Below, one piece after another: positions 44,353-58,925 of a stretch of 64,000 bases of DNA; within the stretch, counting starts at the first letter, position 1; every line of letters starts with the position of its first letter. The notes under the pieces were generated by a model. It made no database searches and had not been told where the DNA came from. It saw only the letters and a program-made list of their open reading frames with translations. Origin of the DNA: an uncultured Alphaproteobacteria bacterium (GTDB lineage: Bacteria; Pseudomonadota; Alphaproteobacteria; Sphingomonadales; Sphingomonadaceae). The position numbers and the translations under genes are program-made. The DNA lies in assembly GCA_963790285.1 (NCBI GenBank), contig CAWBNV010000001.1, forward strand, positions 423,891 through 487,890, written 5' to 3'.

Positions 44353-45753
44353 TCAAGCCGCCGCGCGGCGGTCGGCGACGCCCGCGGCCGCGGGCGGGGC
44401 GCGCTCGGCCTTGAGGCAGTCGGCGATCAGAAAGGCGAGCTCGAGCGCCTGGCTCGCGTTCAAGCGCGGGTCGCACTGCGTCTGGTAGCGGTCGGCGAGA
44501 CCCGCATCGGTCACCCCGATCGCGCCGCCCGTGCACTCGGTGACGTCGAGCCCGGTCATCTCGATGTGGATGCCGCCGGCGTGCGTTCCCTCGGCGCGGT
44601 GGACGGCGAAGAAGCTGCGCACCTCGCGCAGGATGCGGTCGAAGGGCCTCGTCTTGTAGCCGCCCGCCGCCTTCACGGTGTTGCCGTGCATCGGGTCGCA
44701 CGACCAGACGACGTGCCGGCCTTCGCGCTGCGTCGCGCGGACAAGGCGCGGCAGGTGACCCTCGACCTCGTCGGCGCCGAAGCGCGCGATCAGCGTCAGC
44801 CGGCCAGCGACATTTGCCGGATTGAGCGCCTCGGTCAGGCGCAACAGGTCGCTTTCGGTGATCGATGGACCCACTTTCAAACCGATCGGGTTGCCGACGC
44901 CGCGGAGGAATTCGACGTGGGCGCTGCCGGCGAAGCGCGTCCGGTCGCCGATCCACAGCATGTGGGCGGACGTGTCGTACCAGTCGCCGGTCAGGCTGTC
45001 CTCGCGCGTCAGCGCCTGCTCGTACGGCAGCAGCAGCGCCTCGTGGCTGGTGAAGAAGCTCGTCGCCTTCAGCTGCGGGACCGTCTCGGGCGACAGGCCG
45101 CACGCCGCCATGAAGTCGAGCGCCTCGCCGATCCGGTCGGCAAGCGACTGGTACTGCTCGCTCCACAGCGATCTGCCGGCGAAGTCGAGGTTCCACTTGT
45201 GGACCTGGTGAAGGCTCGCATAGCCGCCGCTGGCGAAGGCGCGGAGCAGGTTGAGCGTCGCCGCCGACTGCATATAGCCGCGCATCATCCGCGCCGGGTC
45301 GGGGGTGCGCGAGGCGGCGGTGAACTCGGTCCCGTTGATGTTGTCGCCGCGGTAGCTCGGCAGCGTCTCGCCCCCGACCGTCTCGCTGTCGCCCGAGCGC
45401 GGCTTGGCGAACTGCCCGGCCATCCGCCCGACCTTCACCACCGGCAGCTTCGAGGCGAAGGTCAGGACGACCGCCATCTGGAGCAGCACGCGGAACGTGT
45501 CGCGGATCGTGTTCGGGTGGAAGTCGGCGAAGCTTTCGGCGCAGTCGCCGCCCTGGAGCAGGAACGCCTTGCCCGCCACGACCTCGGCGAGCTGCGCGGT
45601 CAGGTCGCGCGCCTCGCCGGCGAAGACCAGCGGCGGATAGGTGCGCAGCTCGGCCTCCGCGGCGGCGAGCCCGGCGGCGTCGGGATAGACAGGGAGCTGC
45701 CGCGCCTCGCGGGTCCGCCAGGTGTCCGGCGTCCAGGCTTCGGCCGCCATCAT
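44353..45753 (-). CDS. Class II DAHP synthase
   Basis: [66 protein letters not shown]. Confidence 0.95.
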   Translation of the reverse strand: MMAAEAWTPDTWRTREARQLPVYPDAAGLAAAEAELRTYPPLVFAGEARDLTAQLAEVVAGKAFLLQGGDCAESFADFHPNTIRDTFRVLLQMAVVLTFASKLPVVKVGRMAGQFAKPRSGDSETVGGETLPSYRGDNINGTEFTAASRTPDPARMMRGYMQSAATLNLLRAFASGGYASLHQVHKWNLDFAGRSLWSEQYQSLADRIGEALDFMAACGLSPETVPQLKATSFFTSHEALLLPYEQALTREDSLTGDWYDTSAHMLWIGDRTRFAGSAHVEFLRGVGNPIGLKVGPSITESDLLRLTEALNPANVAGRLTLIARFGADEVEGHLPRLVRATQREGRHVVWSCDPMHGNTVKAAGGYKTRPFDRILREVRSFFAVHRAEGTHAGGIHIEMTGLDVTECTGGAIGVTDAGLADRYQTQCDPRLNASQALELAFLIADCLKAERAPPAAAGVADRRAAA

Positions 45754-46014
45754 CGCCCCGCCGCCCGGATCGTCGCGGGGCCGTTGGTTAACCCGGCGCG
45801 GTCTGCCCGCGGAAGTTGCCTAAGTTGACACGACGCTGCGCCGAAAACCGGCGTCGGTTCGCCGGACCGGTTCGAACGGGCGTTTCGGATGGTTAGCGAG
45901 CGCGTCATGCCGACCTTATGCCAAAAACAGGGGCTGTAGGACAGCGCGTTGATCGTGGGAGCCGCAGCGCCCCAACCCGTCCAGCCACCGCGCTGCGAAC
46001 GGATCGCAATAGCC

Positions 46015-46040
46015 TTGCTAATGCGAACGCGATGCAATAG
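46015..46040 (+). promoter_or_regulatory. Possible Fur/iron-responsive box
   Basis: TTGCTAATGCGAACGCGATGCAATAG: AT-richer, imperfectly palindromic, directly upstream of an iron-type TonB receptor. Confidence 0.4.
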
Positions 46041-46069
46041 CAGATGGAGGGGTGGAGCCGGGAAAAGCG

Positions 46070-48342
46070 ATGTCGAACGTCAGGATGCCGGTGTCGCTGC
46101 GGGCGAGCGCGGTCGCGGGCCCCGCGGCGGTCCTGCTTGCCGCGGCGGGCGGGCTGCTCGCCGCGCCGGCGCATGCCGCACCCGCCGATGCCACCGCCGA
46201 TGCCGTCGGCGAGATCGTCGTCACCGGCGTCCGCGCCGCCGGCAACCCGCTCGCCGACGCCAGCGCGCCGTACAAGGTCGACCGCTCGGCGTCGTCGAAG
46301 CTGACCGAGCCGATCCTCGACACGGCGAAGTCGGTGACGATCATCCCGCATGCGGTCATCGCCGACCTCGGCGCGCTCAGCTTCCGCGACCTCGCGCGGA
46401 CCCAGCCGGGGGTCACGCTCGGCACCGGCGAGGGCGGCAATGCGTTCGGCGACCGCATCTTCATCCGCGGCTTCGACGCGCGCGGCGACGTCTACGTCGA
46501 CGGCCTGCGCGATCCCGGCGTCACCAGCCGCGAGGTGTTCGCGCTCGAGCAGGTCGAGATCGTCAAGGGGCCGTCGTCGACCTTCGGCGGGCGCGGTACG
46601 ACCGGCGGCGCGGTCGACCTCGTCAGCAAGTCGCCGGTGCCGGCGAACTTCGTCGGCGGCGAGATCACCGGCGGCACCGACGCGACGCGGCGCGTCACCG
46701 GCGACGTCAACCGACAGCTGAGCGACACACTGGCGCTGCGGGTCGACGGCATGTGGACCGACGCGAACGTCGCCGGGCGGCGCGCGACGCACAACGACCG
46801 CTGGGGCGTCGCCGGCGCGCTCAAGTGGACGCCGGCGGCGAGCGTCGACCTGATCGCCGACTATTACCACCTGACCACCGACGGCCTGCCCGACTGGGGC
46901 GTCCCGTTCGACGTCCGCTCGCAGCGGCCGTTCGCCGTCGACCGGGGCACCTTCTACGGCATCGTCGCGCGCGATTTCACTCATTCGACCACCGACATCG
47001 GCACCCTGCGCGGCGAATGGCGGGTGTCGCCGGCGGTCACGCTGTCGACCAAGGCGCGCTACGGCAGTTCGCTGAGCGCCTACATCGCCACCGTCCCCGA
47101 GCGGCCGAACCTGACCGACCCCGATCCGGCGAAGTGGACGGTGCAGGCCAACCCGCAGACGCGCAATGCCCGCACCGAGACGTGGGCCGACGCGACCGAG
47201 GTCGCCGCCGACGTCGCCACCGGGCGGTTCAGCCATCGCCTCGTCGCCGGCGTCGAGGTCGATGTCGAGAAGATCGTCAATCGCCCGTTCGCCTTCGCGT
47301 CGTCGGAGGAACTCGAACGCGGTGCCGGTGACGACGGCCATCCTGCAGAACCTGTTCCACCCCGACCCCGCCCTGCCCGTCGTCGGCGTGCGGACGCTGT
47401 CGGGCGCGGTCGCCGACACGCGCGTCGCGACCAAGGCGGTGTACCTGCTCGACACGGTCGACCTGACGCCGACGCTCAAGGTCAACGCTGGCGTCCGCTT
47501 CGACGACTATATCGTGACGAGCGACGCGACCACGCCCGCCGCCGGCGCGACCCCGGCGAGCCGGGCACGGCTGCGCAACCACAGCGCTTTCGTCAACTGG
47601 AACGCCGGGATCACCTGGAAGCCCGTGCCCAAGCGCCAGCCTGTATGCGGCGGCGAGCAGCTCGTCGAACCCGAGCGGCGAGCAGACCGACGCGACCGGC
47701 GTCAGCTACGGCGGGCTCGGCGCGACGACCGCAACCCTCGCCCCCGAGCGCAACCGCAGCGTCGAGGTCGGCGCCAAGGTCGAGGCGGGCGCGGGCGGCC
47801 ACCTGCTGCTCACCGCGGCGCTGTTCCGCACCGACAAGGTCAACGGCCGCGTCGTCGATCCGCTCAGCGGCACGTCGCAGGTCCTCGCCGGCCGCCAGCG
47901 CGTCGACGGCGCCGAGGTCGGCGCGAGCGGCAACATCACGCCGCGGTGGAGCGTGTTCGGCGGCTATACCTACCTCGACGCGCGCGTCCTGCCGACGGCC
48001 AGCCCGGCGGTCGCCGGCGGGCGCTTTCCCAATGTCGCCGAGCACAGCTTCGCGCTGCTGTCGACCTACCGCCTGTTCCCCGGCTTCACCGCGGGCGGGC
48101 AGCTATTCTATACCAGCGCGCGCTACGGCGGGTCGACGGTGGCCTCGACCGCGACGCTGCCCGGCTACTGGCGCTTCGACCTGACCGCCAAGGCGGCGAT
48201 CACGAGCAAGGTCGAGCTCCAGGTCAACGTGCTCAACCTGACCGACCGCGTCTATTACGACGCGATCTACCGCTCGGCCGCGCCGTTCGCCTATATCGCG
48301 CCGGGCCGGTCGGCGCTGGCGACGCTGCGGTTCCGGCTGTAG
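46070..48342 (+). CDS. TonB-dependent siderophore receptor, Fiu/PiuA-like (frameshifts near 47315 and 47637)
   Basis: [44 protein letters not shown]. The C-terminal [14 protein letters not shown]...[13 protein letters not shown] is reached through two frame changes. Followed by piuC. Confidence 0.87.
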
Positions 48343-48353
48343 CGTCGGGGCCG

Positions 48354-49037
48354 ATGCTTCTCGTCATCCCCGATGTCCTCGACGCCGCCACGGTCGCCGC
48401 GTGCGTCGCCGATCTGACCGCCGCGACGTGGGGCGACGGGCGGGTGACCGCGGGGCTGCAGTCGGCCCCGGTCAAGGACAACGACCAGCTCGCCGAGACC
48501 TCGCCAGTGGCGCGCACATGGGGCGACCGGGTGCTCGACGCGCTCGGCGCGAGCGAGCTGTTCGTCGCCGCCGCCCTGCCCCACCGCACCTTCCCGCCGC
48601 TGTTCAACCGCTACGCCGGGGGCCAGTCGTTCGGCACGCACATCGACAACGCGATCCGCCCGGTGCGCGGCACGAGCATCAAGCTGCGCACCGACCTGTC
48701 GGCGACGCTGTTCCTGTCCGACCCCGACAGCTACGACGGCGGCGAGCTGATCGTCGAGGGGGCGAGCGGCGGGCAGGCGATCAAGCTCCCCGCCGGGCAC
48801 ATGGTCCTCTATCCCGCGTCGAGCCTCCACCGCGTCGCGCCGGTCACCCGCGGGGTCCGGCTGGCGAGCTTCTTCTGGGTCCAGTCGATGGTCCGCGACG
48901 ACGGGGCGCGCACCCTGCTGTTCGACCTCGACCGGACGATCCAGCGTCTGGCGGCGCGCGACGGGATCGGCGACGCGGAGGTCGTCGCGCTGACCGGCAT
49001 CTACCACAACCTCGTGCGCCGCTGGGCGGAGACGTAG
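48354..49037 (+). CDS. piuC: Fe(II)/2-oxoglutarate dioxygenase PiuC/YbiX
   Basis: [71 protein letters not shown]. Confidence 0.92.
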   Translation: MLLVIPDVLDAATVAACVADLTAATWGDGRVTAGLQSAPVKDNDQLAETSPVARTWGDRVLDALGASELFVAAALPHRTFPPLFNRYAGGQSFGTHIDNAIRPVRGTSIKLRTDLSATLFLSDPDSYDGGELIVEGASGGQAIKLPAGHMVLYPASSLHRVAPVTRGVRLASFFWVQSMVRDDGARTLLFDLDRTIQRLAARDGIGDAEVVALTGIYHNLVRRWAET

Positions 49038-49249
49038 CCGCGAAGATGAACAAGTTCACGAAGGTCACGCCCGCGACGGCGTTCTGCGCCGGCGGCGGGC
49101 CCGGCGACCCGGGGCCGGCGGCCAAACCCAACACGAAGTCCACACTAAGTTCACGCCGACGCGCAAAATTCTTTTCCGATCCCCCGGCGGTACGACTGCA
49201 TCCGGCGCAAACGGTACCGACACCGTCACCATGATCACGCGACTCTCTG

Positions 49250-49264
49250 GAACGAACCAAGAAC
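49250..49264 (-). promoter_or_regulatory. Alphaproteobacterial LexA (SOS) box
   Basis: GAAC-gaaccaa-GAAC (GTTC-N7-GTTC on the minus strand), immediately downstream of a minus-strand TATGAT -10 hexamer (49270-49265). Confidence 0.65.
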
Positions 49265-49314
49265 ATCATAATGGATCGTCCGGGTGTAGGACAGCGGTTT
49301 GTCGTGGCGGACTT

Positions 49315-49331
49315 CGCCCATTTGCAGACAT
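49315..49331 (+). repeat. Cassette-boundary repeat 1 (right half only)
   Basis: CGCCCATTTGCAGACAT matches the right halves of the repeats at 49673 and 50107; the left palindrome arm is absent. Confidence 0.6.
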
Positions 49332-49356
49332 AACGCCCCTAGCGTAAATCGTGCGT

Positions 49357-49668
49357 ATGCGCTGGGTGACGATTGCCAAGGTATCGCTGCTTGCGCTGGC
49401 CGTTCCGGCTACAATTCTATCTGTTGAAGAGTTGGCGGTCGGACTGACCTATGGGGGCAATCTGTGGAGAACGGATCGCCCGTTCGCGATCGCGCTATGG
49501 CTCGCCGTCGTGGTGTTCCCTCTGTTCATTGGCACGGCAATGGGTGCAGCGAAGACGTCTCGGCGGCTTTGGATCGTGACGGGGGTTTCGTGGGCCTTTG
49601 CCGCTTTTTGGGTATGTGAGAGCTTTGTTTGGATGCCTTGGGCACACGGCGGCCCTTGGGGCTGGTAA
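49357..49668 (+). CDS. Hypothetical small membrane protein (3 predicted TM)
   Basis: MRWVTIAKVSLLALAV...; three hydrophobic segments; many A/T-ending codons unlike the flanking genes. Alternative GTG start at 49351. Confidence 0.65.
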   Translation: MRWVTIAKVSLLALAVPATILSVEELAVGLTYGGNLWRTDRPFAIALWLAVVVFPLFIGTAMGAAKTSRRLWIVTGVSWAFAAFWVCESFVWMPWAHGGPWGW

Positions 49669-49672
49669 AGTT

Positions 49673-49702
49673 AGCGTCCGCCGTCGCCCAATTGCCGACG
49701 TT
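49673..49702 (+). repeat. Cassette-boundary repeat 2 (imperfect palindrome)
   Basis: AGCGTCCGC-cgtCGCCCAatt-GCCGACGTT, 4 nt after the upstream stop. Confidence 0.62.
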
Positions 49703-49726
49703 CACTCACCACTGCATGATCTCGGT

Positions 49727-51642
<1,916 letters not shown>

Positions 51643-51733
51643 GGCGCCGAGGTAGGCGGGCGACGGTCGGCACGCAAACGGGGAAATGGCGGTCAGAGTG
51701 ATCGCGACGATCCCCCGCTCCGGCGGGGAGGCT

Positions 51734-52075
51734 CTAGAACAGCCGTCCGCCGTTCGGCACGGCATGTCCGGGCTGGACGAGGACGACCGCCCCCTCGGCG
51801 TCGGGGAAGCCGAGCGTCAGCACTTCCGAGATGAACTTGCCGATCTGGCGCGGGGCGAAGTTGACCACCGCCGCCACCTGCCGCCCGACCAGCGCGTCGG
51901 GCGTGTAGTGGACGGTGATCTGCGCGCTCGACCGCTTGACGCCGATCTCCGGACCGAAGTCGATGCGCAGCTTGATCGCCGGCTTGCGCGCCTCGGGGAA
52001 CGGTTCCGCCGCGACGATGGTGCCGACGCGGATATCGACCGCCTCGAACGTCGCGTAGTCGGTCGGCGGCGTCAC
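51734..52075 (-). CDS. csaA: tRNA-binding protein/secretion chaperone CsaA
   Basis: [58 protein letters not shown]. The GTG overlaps the upstream stop. Confidence 0.9.
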   Translation of the reverse strand: MTPPTDYATFEAVDIRVGTIVAAEPFPEARKPAIKLRIDFGPEIGVKRSSAQITVHYTPDALVGRQVAAVVNFAPRQIGKFISEVLTLGFPDAEGAVVLVQPGHAVPNGGRLF

Positions 52076-54340
52076 CGGCCGTTGACGATCGCCGTCGCCG
52101 TATCGAGCCGCGCCGCATAGGTCGCCAGTACCGCCCCGGTCCGCCGCGCATACTCGTTGGCATCGGCGAAGCGGCGCTCCTCGATCGCCTCGCGGACGCC
52201 CGGCAGCGTCTTCGCGCCGTAGCCGGTGAAGCGGCCCGGCGCGTAGACGAGGTTCATGTACCACGGCCGCCCCGGCAGGCCCTTGGGGTCGAGCAGCAGC
52301 TGGTCGACGTCGCGCAGCGCCGCGTTGAGCCGTGCCCGCGTCGACCCGTCGAGGCTGCTGCCGCGCGCCGCATAGGCGGCATCGAACGCCTTGGCACTGG
52401 CAGAGAGCCGGGCGACGCCGTTGTCGAGCGTCGGCGAGTTCGACGTACGGCGTCGCCGTCACCGCGTCGGGCGCGCCGACCTTGTCGAGCGGGTCGCTCG
52501 CGGCGGCGAACGCCCCGGTCTGGGTCAGCTTGGCCAGCCGCAGGTCCTTGGCGCGGCGGTCTTCCGCGAGCTTGTGGACCTCCCTGGCATAGCCGGCGAC
52601 GGTGTCGGCGAAATCGCCGAAGCGGACCGGCGGCGTGTCGGCGTCGGCGATCCGCAGCACGAGGCGGCCAACCGTCTTCGACATCACCGCGCCGTACTTG
52701 AGCCCGGGGTCGTCGAAGCGGGTGAAGTGGTCGTAGCTGTCGTAGATCGAGTGATAGACGCCGCCCGATTGCCCTTCGCCGCCGAAGGCGATGTCGAGCG
52801 TCGGCAGGCCGAGGTGCTGGAGGAACGACGAATAGTCCGACCCCGACCCGAGCGCGCCGATCGGCAGGTCGCCGCCGGCTTCGGCCGCCTTGACGGCGTC
52901 GCTGCCGCCCTCGCCGTCGCCCCGGCCGCGCCCGTCATACGCGTCGGCGAGGACCTTGGCGCGCGCCCGCGCGGCGATCGATCCGCCGGTCTGCGGATCG
53001 ATGACGTCGGCGGCGACCGCGTTCGCGAGGTGCTGGTATTCGTGGCTGCCCCCGGCGCGGTAAAAGCCACGGTCGTTGCCGTCGGTGTTGATGTAGACGA
53101 CCGTCTTGGCCTTCAGCTCGGCCGCGTGGGTCTCGGCGTATTCGGTCGAGCCGAGCAGCATCGGCTCCTCGCCGTCCCAGCTCAGGTAGACGATCGTGCG
53201 GTCGGGCCGCCAGCCGGACTTGGCGAGCTGCCCCAGCGCCTTGGCTTCCGACAGCATGGCGACATTGCCCGACAGCGGGTCGGCGGCGCCGAACACCCAG
53301 CCGTCGTGGTGGTTGCCGCGGACGACCCATTCATCGGGGTGCTTCGCGCCCTTGAGCGTCGCGACGACGTCGTAGAGCGGCTTCAGCGACCAGTCCGACT
53401 TGACCGCGAGATGGACCTTGACCGCGTCGGTGCCGCCGACATGGTAGGCGAACGGCAGCGCGCCGCGGAACGCCGCCGGCGCGGGCGGCCCGGCGAGCGC
53501 CGCCAGCAGCTTCGTCGCGTCGCCGTACGACATCGGCAGAGTCGGGATCTTGAGGATCGTCGTCGCCTGCTCGCGCGTCAGCCGCCCGGTCACGCCGGGC
53601 ACCGAGCCGACGCCGGGCGTCGTCGGGTCGCCGGGGTAGGTCGTCATGTCGGCGACCGATCCGCGCTGGACGCTGTAATCGGGCCGCGCCCCACCCTTCG
53701 GATAGACGTCGCCCCCGGCATAGCCGTCGTCGGCGGGATCGGAATAGATGATGCAGCCGACCGCCCCGTGCTCCTGCGCGAGCTTCGGCTTCAACCCGCG
53801 CCACCCGGCCCCGTAGCGCGCGATGGCGATCTTGCCGCGGACGTCGACGCCGCGCCGGGCGAGCGCCTCGTAATCGGCCGGCAGGCCGTAGTTGACGTAG
53901 ACCAGCGGCGCGGTGACGTCGCCGTCGCCCTGGAAGGCGACATAGGGCGGCAGCGCGTCCTTGAGGTTGGCGCTCGTCGCGTCCTCGGGGATCGTCGGCT
54001 CCTGCCCGCCCAGCACGATCCGCTGCGGCGACACCATCTCGACCGTCGTGCTGATCGGCGTCGGGTAGAGGACGTCGAACTGCTCGATGTGCGCGTCCCA
54101 GCCCCATTCGCGGAACATCGCCAGCGTCTTGTCGGCGATGACCTTGTCGTGGACGCTACCGACGTGGTTCGGGGCCGACGAGAAATCCTTGAGCCACGCC
54201 ATCTGGTCGGCGCTGCTGATCGCGGCGTCGAACCGCGCCTCGACCGCGGCGGGGCTCATCGGGGCGGCGGCGGCCGCGGACGCGAGGCTGGCGGCGAGCG
54301 CCATGGCGGCCGTCGTGACGAGCAGGCGGACGTGGTTCAT
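52072..54340 (-). CDS. M28 glutamate carboxypeptidase-like peptidase with PA and TFR dimerisation domains (frameshift near 52430)
   Basis: Signal peptide; [46 protein letters not shown]; C-terminal [22 protein letters not shown] in another frame. Confidence 0.88.
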
Positions 54341-54410
54341 TCGGTGAAGCCCCTTCGAGTGCACGCCAAGGTGCGACGAAAGCCGGCATCGAGGCAATGC
54401 GATTCGTGTC

Positions 54411-57092
54411 ATGGACCGCGACGTGTGGCGCGCGCCGCCCCGCCGCCATCGTTCCGTCGCGTTTCCGTGGCTCTGGCTTGCATGGGGGATCGCGCGTCGC
54501 GAAAGCGTTGCGCATGACCGAACGAGACGAGGACCGACCATCCTGACGCCCGTGCCTGCCGCCGTCGCGCTCGCCGTCCGCCGTCCGTGGGCGGTGATCG
54601 CGGCCGCGCTCGTGCTCGCGCTCGCGGCTGGGTGGTTCGCCGCGACGCACTTCGCCATGTCGACCGACACCGCGCAGCTGATCGCGCCGACCGTCGACTG
54701 GCGCCGCGACGAGATCGCCCTCGACACCGGCTTCCCGCAGAACCGCGACCTCATCGCCGTTGTCGTCGACGGCGCGACGCCCGAGGCGGCCGAGATCGCC
54801 GCCGCGACGCTCGCCCGGCGGCTGACCGCCGACCGCGCGCATTTCCGCGCCGTCCGCCGCCCCGACGCGACGCCGTTCCTGCGCCGGAACGGACTGCTGC
54901 TCGGCTCGACCGAAGATGTCCGTGCGACGACCGCGGCGCTGATCACCGCCCAACCCTTCCTCGGTCCCCTCGCCGCCGACCCGTCCCTGCGCGGCGTAAT
55001 GACGAGCCTGTCGACCGTGCTGACCGGGGTCGAGCAGGGCACGGCGACGCTCGCCGACCTCGCCCGCCCGGTCGATGCGCTCGGCACGGCGCTCTCGGCG
55101 GTCGCCGCGGGCCGCCCGGCGACCTTCTCGTGGATCGACCTGTTCGACACCGGCTCGGGCAAGCTCAGGCCGCCGCGGCGGCGGATCGTCGTCGTCCAGC
55201 CGGTGCTCGACTATTCCGACCTGATGCCCGGCCACGCCGCGGGCGAGGCGATCCACGCCGCCGCGCGCGGGCTCGGCGCCCGCGTGCGCCTGACCGGCGC
55301 GGTCCCGCTCGCCGACGAGGAGTTCTCGAGCCTCGAAGACCATTGGTGGATCGTCGCCGGGACGATGCTCACGGCGATGCTCGGGGTGCTCGCGGTCGCC
55401 GTGCGGTCGGTCCGCATGGTCGCGGCGATCACGCTCGTCACGCTCGCCGGGCTGGTCGCGACGACCGCGCTCGGGCTGGCGCTGGTCGGGCGGTTCAACC
55501 TGATCTCGGTCGCGTTCATCCCGCTGTTCGTCGGGCTCGGCGTCGACTTCGGCATCCAGCTGTCGGTCCGCTTCCGCGCCGAGGGAGCCGAGGGCGGGGA
55601 AGCGCTCGAACGGGCCGCCCGCGGCCTCGGCGGGTCGCTGGCGCTCGCCGCGACCGCGGTCGCGCTCGGCTTCGCCGCCTTCCTGCCGACCGCCTATGTC
55701 GGCGTGTCGGAACTCGGCGTCATCGCCGCGGCGGGCATGGTCGTCGCGCTGCTGCTCAACGTCACGCTGCTGCCGGCGTTGCTCGTCGTGCTGCGGCCCC
55801 GATCGCGCGGGCTGCCGGGGCTGGCGCTCGAACGGACCGAGGGCTGGCTGCTCCGCCACCGCCGCGCCGTGCTGTGGGCCTTCGGCGGATCCCTGGCAGG
55901 GAGCATCGCGCTGCTGCCGCTGGTCGTGTTCGACTTCAACCCCTACCACCTGCGCGATCCGAACGGTCCGGCGATGGCGACGCTGACCGACCTGACGCGC
56001 GACCCCGACCGGACGCCGAACACCGTCGAGGTGCTGACGCGCGATCCCGCCCAAGTCGCTGCGCGGCTCGCCCGCCTGCCCGCGGTGCGGCAGGTGGTGA
56101 CGCTCGACAGCTTCGTGCCCGACGACCAGCCAGCGAAGCTCGCGCTGATCGCCGATGCGCGCGACCTGCTCGACCTGACGCTCAACCCGTTCGACCCCCC
56201 GCCGCCGCCCGACGACGAGGCGACGGTCGCCGCCCTGCGCAAGGTCGCCGGACAGCTGGCGACCGTCGCCGCCGCCGACCCGGCCGCCCGCCGCCTCGCC
56301 GCCGCCCTCGAGCGGCTGGCCAGCGGCTCGCCGGCGCTGCGCGCGCGCGCCGACGCCGTCGTCACCGCACCGCTCAACGTCCTGCTCGACCAGACGCGGA
56401 GCCTGCTGCTCGCCGGCCCGGTCAGCCGCGCGACGCTGCCCGCCGACCTCCGCGCCGACTGGATCGCGCGGGGGGGCGCGGCCCCTGGAACGGAACGGGT
56501 AGAAGCGTACCCCGCCGGCGACGCGGGCGACAATGCGACGCTCAAGCGCTTCGCCGCCGCCGTCCTCGCCGCCGCGCCGCACGCGACCGGACCGGCGATC
56601 TCGACGCAGGCGGCGGCGCGGACCATCGCCGGAGCGTTCGTCCGGGCGAGCGTCTACGGCCTGGTCGCGATCTCGCTGCTGCTGTTCGCCGTCCTGCGCT
56701 CGGTCCGCGAGGTCGCCTTCACCCTCGCCCCGGTCGTGCTGTCGGGGTTCCTGACGCTGGCGACGTGCGTCCTCATCGGCCAGCCGATCAACTTCGCCAA
56801 CATCATCGCCTTCCCGCTGCTGTTCGGCGTCGGGGTCGCGTTCCACATTTATTTCGTCATGGCCTGGCGCGCCGGCGCGACCGGGCTCTTGACCTCGAGC
56901 CTCGCGCGCGCCGTCCTGTTCAGCGCGCTCGCCACCGGCACCGCGTTCGGCGCGCTGTGGCTCAGCCGCCATCCGGGCACCGCGAGCATGGGCAAGATCC
57001 TGATGATCAGCCTCGCCTGGACGCTGGTCTGCGCGCTGGTGTTCGAGCCGGCGCTGCTCGGCCCGGCGAAGGGGCGCGCGCCTACTTCCTGA
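54411..57092 (+). CDS. hpnN: Hopanoid-associated RND/MMPL transporter
   Basis: [88 protein letters not shown]. The true start is probably near 54540. Confidence 0.9.
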   Translation: MDRDVWRAPPRRHRSVAFPWLWLAWGIARRESVAHDRTRRGPTILTPVPAAVALAVRRPWAVIAAALVLALAAGWFAATHFAMSTDTAQLIAPTVDWRRDEIALDTGFPQNRDLIAVVVDGATPEAAEIAAATLARRLTADRAHFRAVRRPDATPFLRRNGLLLGSTEDVRATTAALITAQPFLGPLAADPSLRGVMTSLSTVLTGVEQGTATLADLARPVDALGTALSAVAAGRPATFSWIDLFDTGSGKLRPPRRRIVVVQPVLDYSDLMPGHAAGEAIHAAARGLGARVRLTGAVPLADEEFSSLEDHWWIVAGTMLTAMLGVLAVAVRSVRMVAAITLVTLAGLVATTALGLALVGRFNLISVAFIPLFVGLGVDFGIQLSVRFRAEGAEGGEALERAARGLGGSLALAATAVALGFAAFLPTAYVGVSELGVIAAAGMVVALLLNVTLLPALLVVLRPRSRGLPGLALERTEGWLLRHRRAVLWAFGGSLAGSIALLPLVVFDFNPYHLRDPNGPAMATLTDLTRDPDRTPNTVEVLTRDPAQVAARLARLPAVRQVVTLDSFVPDDQPAKLALIADARDLLDLTLNPFDPPPPPDDEATVAALRKVAGQLATVAAADPAARRLAAALERLASGSPALRARADAVVTAPLNVLLDQTRSLLLAGPVSRATLPADLRADWIARGGAAPGTERVEAYPAGDAGDNATLKRFAAAVLAAAPHATGPAISTQAAARTIAGAFVRASVYGLVAISLLLFAVLRSVREVAFTLAPVVLSGFLTLATCVLIGQPINFANIIAFPLLFGVGVAFHIYFVMAWRAGATGLLTSSLARAVLFSALATGTAFGALWLSRHPGTASMGKILMISLAWTLVCALVFEPALLGPAKGRAPTS

Positions 57093-57726
57093 GCTTCGCC
57101 TCGTCGGCTGCGTTGAGCTTTGCCGTCAGCGCCGCCGCACCGCCGGCCTTGACCGTGCCGGCGAACTCGGCGCGCTGGACGGCGATCTGCGACACGCCGT
57201 CGGCAAAGACGTCGATGATCCGCCAGCCGCCCTCGGAGACCTGATGGAGCCGGTAGTTGAGCGCCGTCCGCCCGTCCTTGGCGACGATCGCGCCGTGGAC
57301 CAGCGCGTCGGACCCGCGCGTGTCGACCTTGGGCTCGACGGTAAACTTCTCGCCGTCGAAGCTGGCGAAGTTGATCGCATAGCTCAGGACCGAATGACGG
57401 GTGAAGGCGGCGACCAGCGCGTCGCGGTCGGCTGGGCTCGTCGTCGTCCACGCCGGGCCGGTGATCAGCTTCGTCATGCCGGCCATGTCGTGCGTCGCCT
57501 TGACGAGCGGCGTCAGCTTGGCCGTGCGCGCGGCGAGGCTCGCCCCCTTGGCGCTCTGCATCGTCGCCAGCAGCGCGGCGTTGAAGTCGCCGACAACCGC
57601 CGCCGGATCGCCCGCGGCCGGTGTGGCGGCGACCGGTGCGGGCGCGAGCACGGCGACGGAAGCGGCGCCGATGCTGACCACGGCGGCGTACGTCAGCAGG
57701 GCGGCGGCGGCGGCGGGTCGGAACAC
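57082..57726 (-). CDS. hpnM: Hopanoid-associated MlaC/Ttg2D-family periplasmic protein
   Basis: GTG start after a GGAGA RBS; [48 protein letters not shown]. Confidence 0.82.
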   Translation of the reverse strand: MFRPAAAAALLTYAAVVSIGAASVAVLAPAPVAATPAAGDPAAVVGDFNAALLATMQSAKGASLAARTAKLTPLVKATHDMAGMTKLITGPAWTTTSPADRDALVAAFTRHSVLSYAINFASFDGEKFTVEPKVDTRGSDALVHGAIVAKDGRTALNYRLHQVSEGGWRIIDVFADGVSQIAVQRAEFAGTVKAGGAAALTAKLNAADEAKLRK

Positions 57727-57937
57727 TCGGTCTCTCCTGGCCCAACGGGGCGGCAAGCGTCCGCCGCCCCTGCCAGCGGGGCGACGAACCGGCGATGAAC
57801 GCCGCCTACCGCGTAACATTTCCGCGGCCGTGCGCGAAAGCCACACTATCGCGCGATCAACACGGCCTGCGGCGCGCGGGGTTGCCGCACTGCGGCGTTA
57901 TCGGGTAGCCGGTCGGCGGATGGACAAAGGTCAGCGG

Positions 57938-58915
57938 ATGCGATTGGTTCTTGCCCAGCCACGGGGCTTCTGCGCCGGCGTCGTGCGCGCCGTCGAGATC
58001 GTCGACCGCGCGCTCGCGACCCACGGCGCCCCGGTCTATGTCCGCCACGAGATCGTCCACAACGCGCACGTCGTCGACAAGCTGAAGGCGAAGGGCGCGA
58101 TCTTCGTCGAGGAACTGAGCGAGGTTCCCGACCGCGCGCTGACCGTGTTCAGCGCCCACGGGGTCGCCCGCGAGATCGTCGACGAGGCGGCGCGCCGCGA
58201 CCTGCCGGTGATCGATGCGACGTGTCCGCTCGTCACCAAGGTCCATATCCAGGGCCGCCGCTATGCTGCGCGCGGGCGGACGATCGTTCTCATCGGCCAC
58301 GCCGGCCATCCCGAGGTCGACGGTACGATCGGCCAGATCGACGCGCCCGTCCACCTCGTCTCGACCGTCGCCGACGTCGCCGCGCTGGCGCTGCCGCTCG
58401 ACACGCCGATCGCGTATGTCACCCAGACGACGCTGTCGGTCGACGATACGCGCGGCGTGATCGAGGCGCTGAACGCGCGCTTCGCCGACGTCGTCGGGCC
58501 CGACGTGTCGGACATCTGCTACGCGACGCAGAACCGCCAGTCGGCGGTCCGCGACCTGTGCGCGGCGGTCGACGTGCTGCTCGTCGTCGGCGCGAAGAAC
58601 AGCTCGAACTCGAACCGGCTGCGCGAGATCGGCGTCGAGATGGGCGTGCCGAGCTACCTGATCGCCGACGGCTCGGCGCTCGATCCCGCCTGGGTCCGCG
58701 GCGTCGCCACCGTCGGGCTAACCGCCGGCGCGTCGGCCCCCGAGGAACTCGTCCAGGGCGTCATCGCCGCGCTGCGCATGCTCGGCGAGGTCGAGGTGAC
58801 GACGATGGCCGGCATCGAGGAGCACCAGTCGTTCCGCTTGCCGCCGGGCCTCGAGCGCGCGGCACCGGCGCGCAGCGGCCACGCCGAACTGGCGTCGGCG
58901 GCGTTAAGCCTTTAG
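57938..58915 (+). CDS. ispH: 4-hydroxy-3-methylbut-2-enyl diphosphate reductase
   Basis: [67 protein letters not shown]. Confidence 0.96.
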   Translation: MRLVLAQPRGFCAGVVRAVEIVDRALATHGAPVYVRHEIVHNAHVVDKLKAKGAIFVEELSEVPDRALTVFSAHGVAREIVDEAARRDLPVIDATCPLVTKVHIQGRRYAARGRTIVLIGHAGHPEVDGTIGQIDAPVHLVSTVADVAALALPLDTPIAYVTQTTLSVDDTRGVIEALNARFADVVGPDVSDICYATQNRQSAVRDLCAAVDVLLVVGAKNSSNSNRLREIGVEMGVPSYLIADGSALDPAWVRGVATVGLTAGASAPEELVQGVIAALRMLGEVEVTTMAGIEEHQSFRLPPGLERAAPARSGHAELASAALSL

Positions 58916-58925
58916 GAAGCGCGGC

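Noticed and set aside
45857-45873. Second LexA box upstream of DAHP synthase
   Set aside because: The GTTC...GTTC spacing is 9 nt, not 7. Similar pairs near 31915 and 32023 have 5- and 4-nt spacing.
48844-49269. Minus-strand ORF downstream of the LexA box as a candidate integrase
   Set aside because: Short, overlaps piuC and has no tyrosine- or serine-recombinase or transposase motifs; at most a remnant.
51734-55162. 1142-aa M28 peptidase-CsaA fusion
   Set aside because: Created by the frameshift near 52430. The peptidase C-terminus ends at 52072 in another frame, and csaA has its own GTG at 52075.
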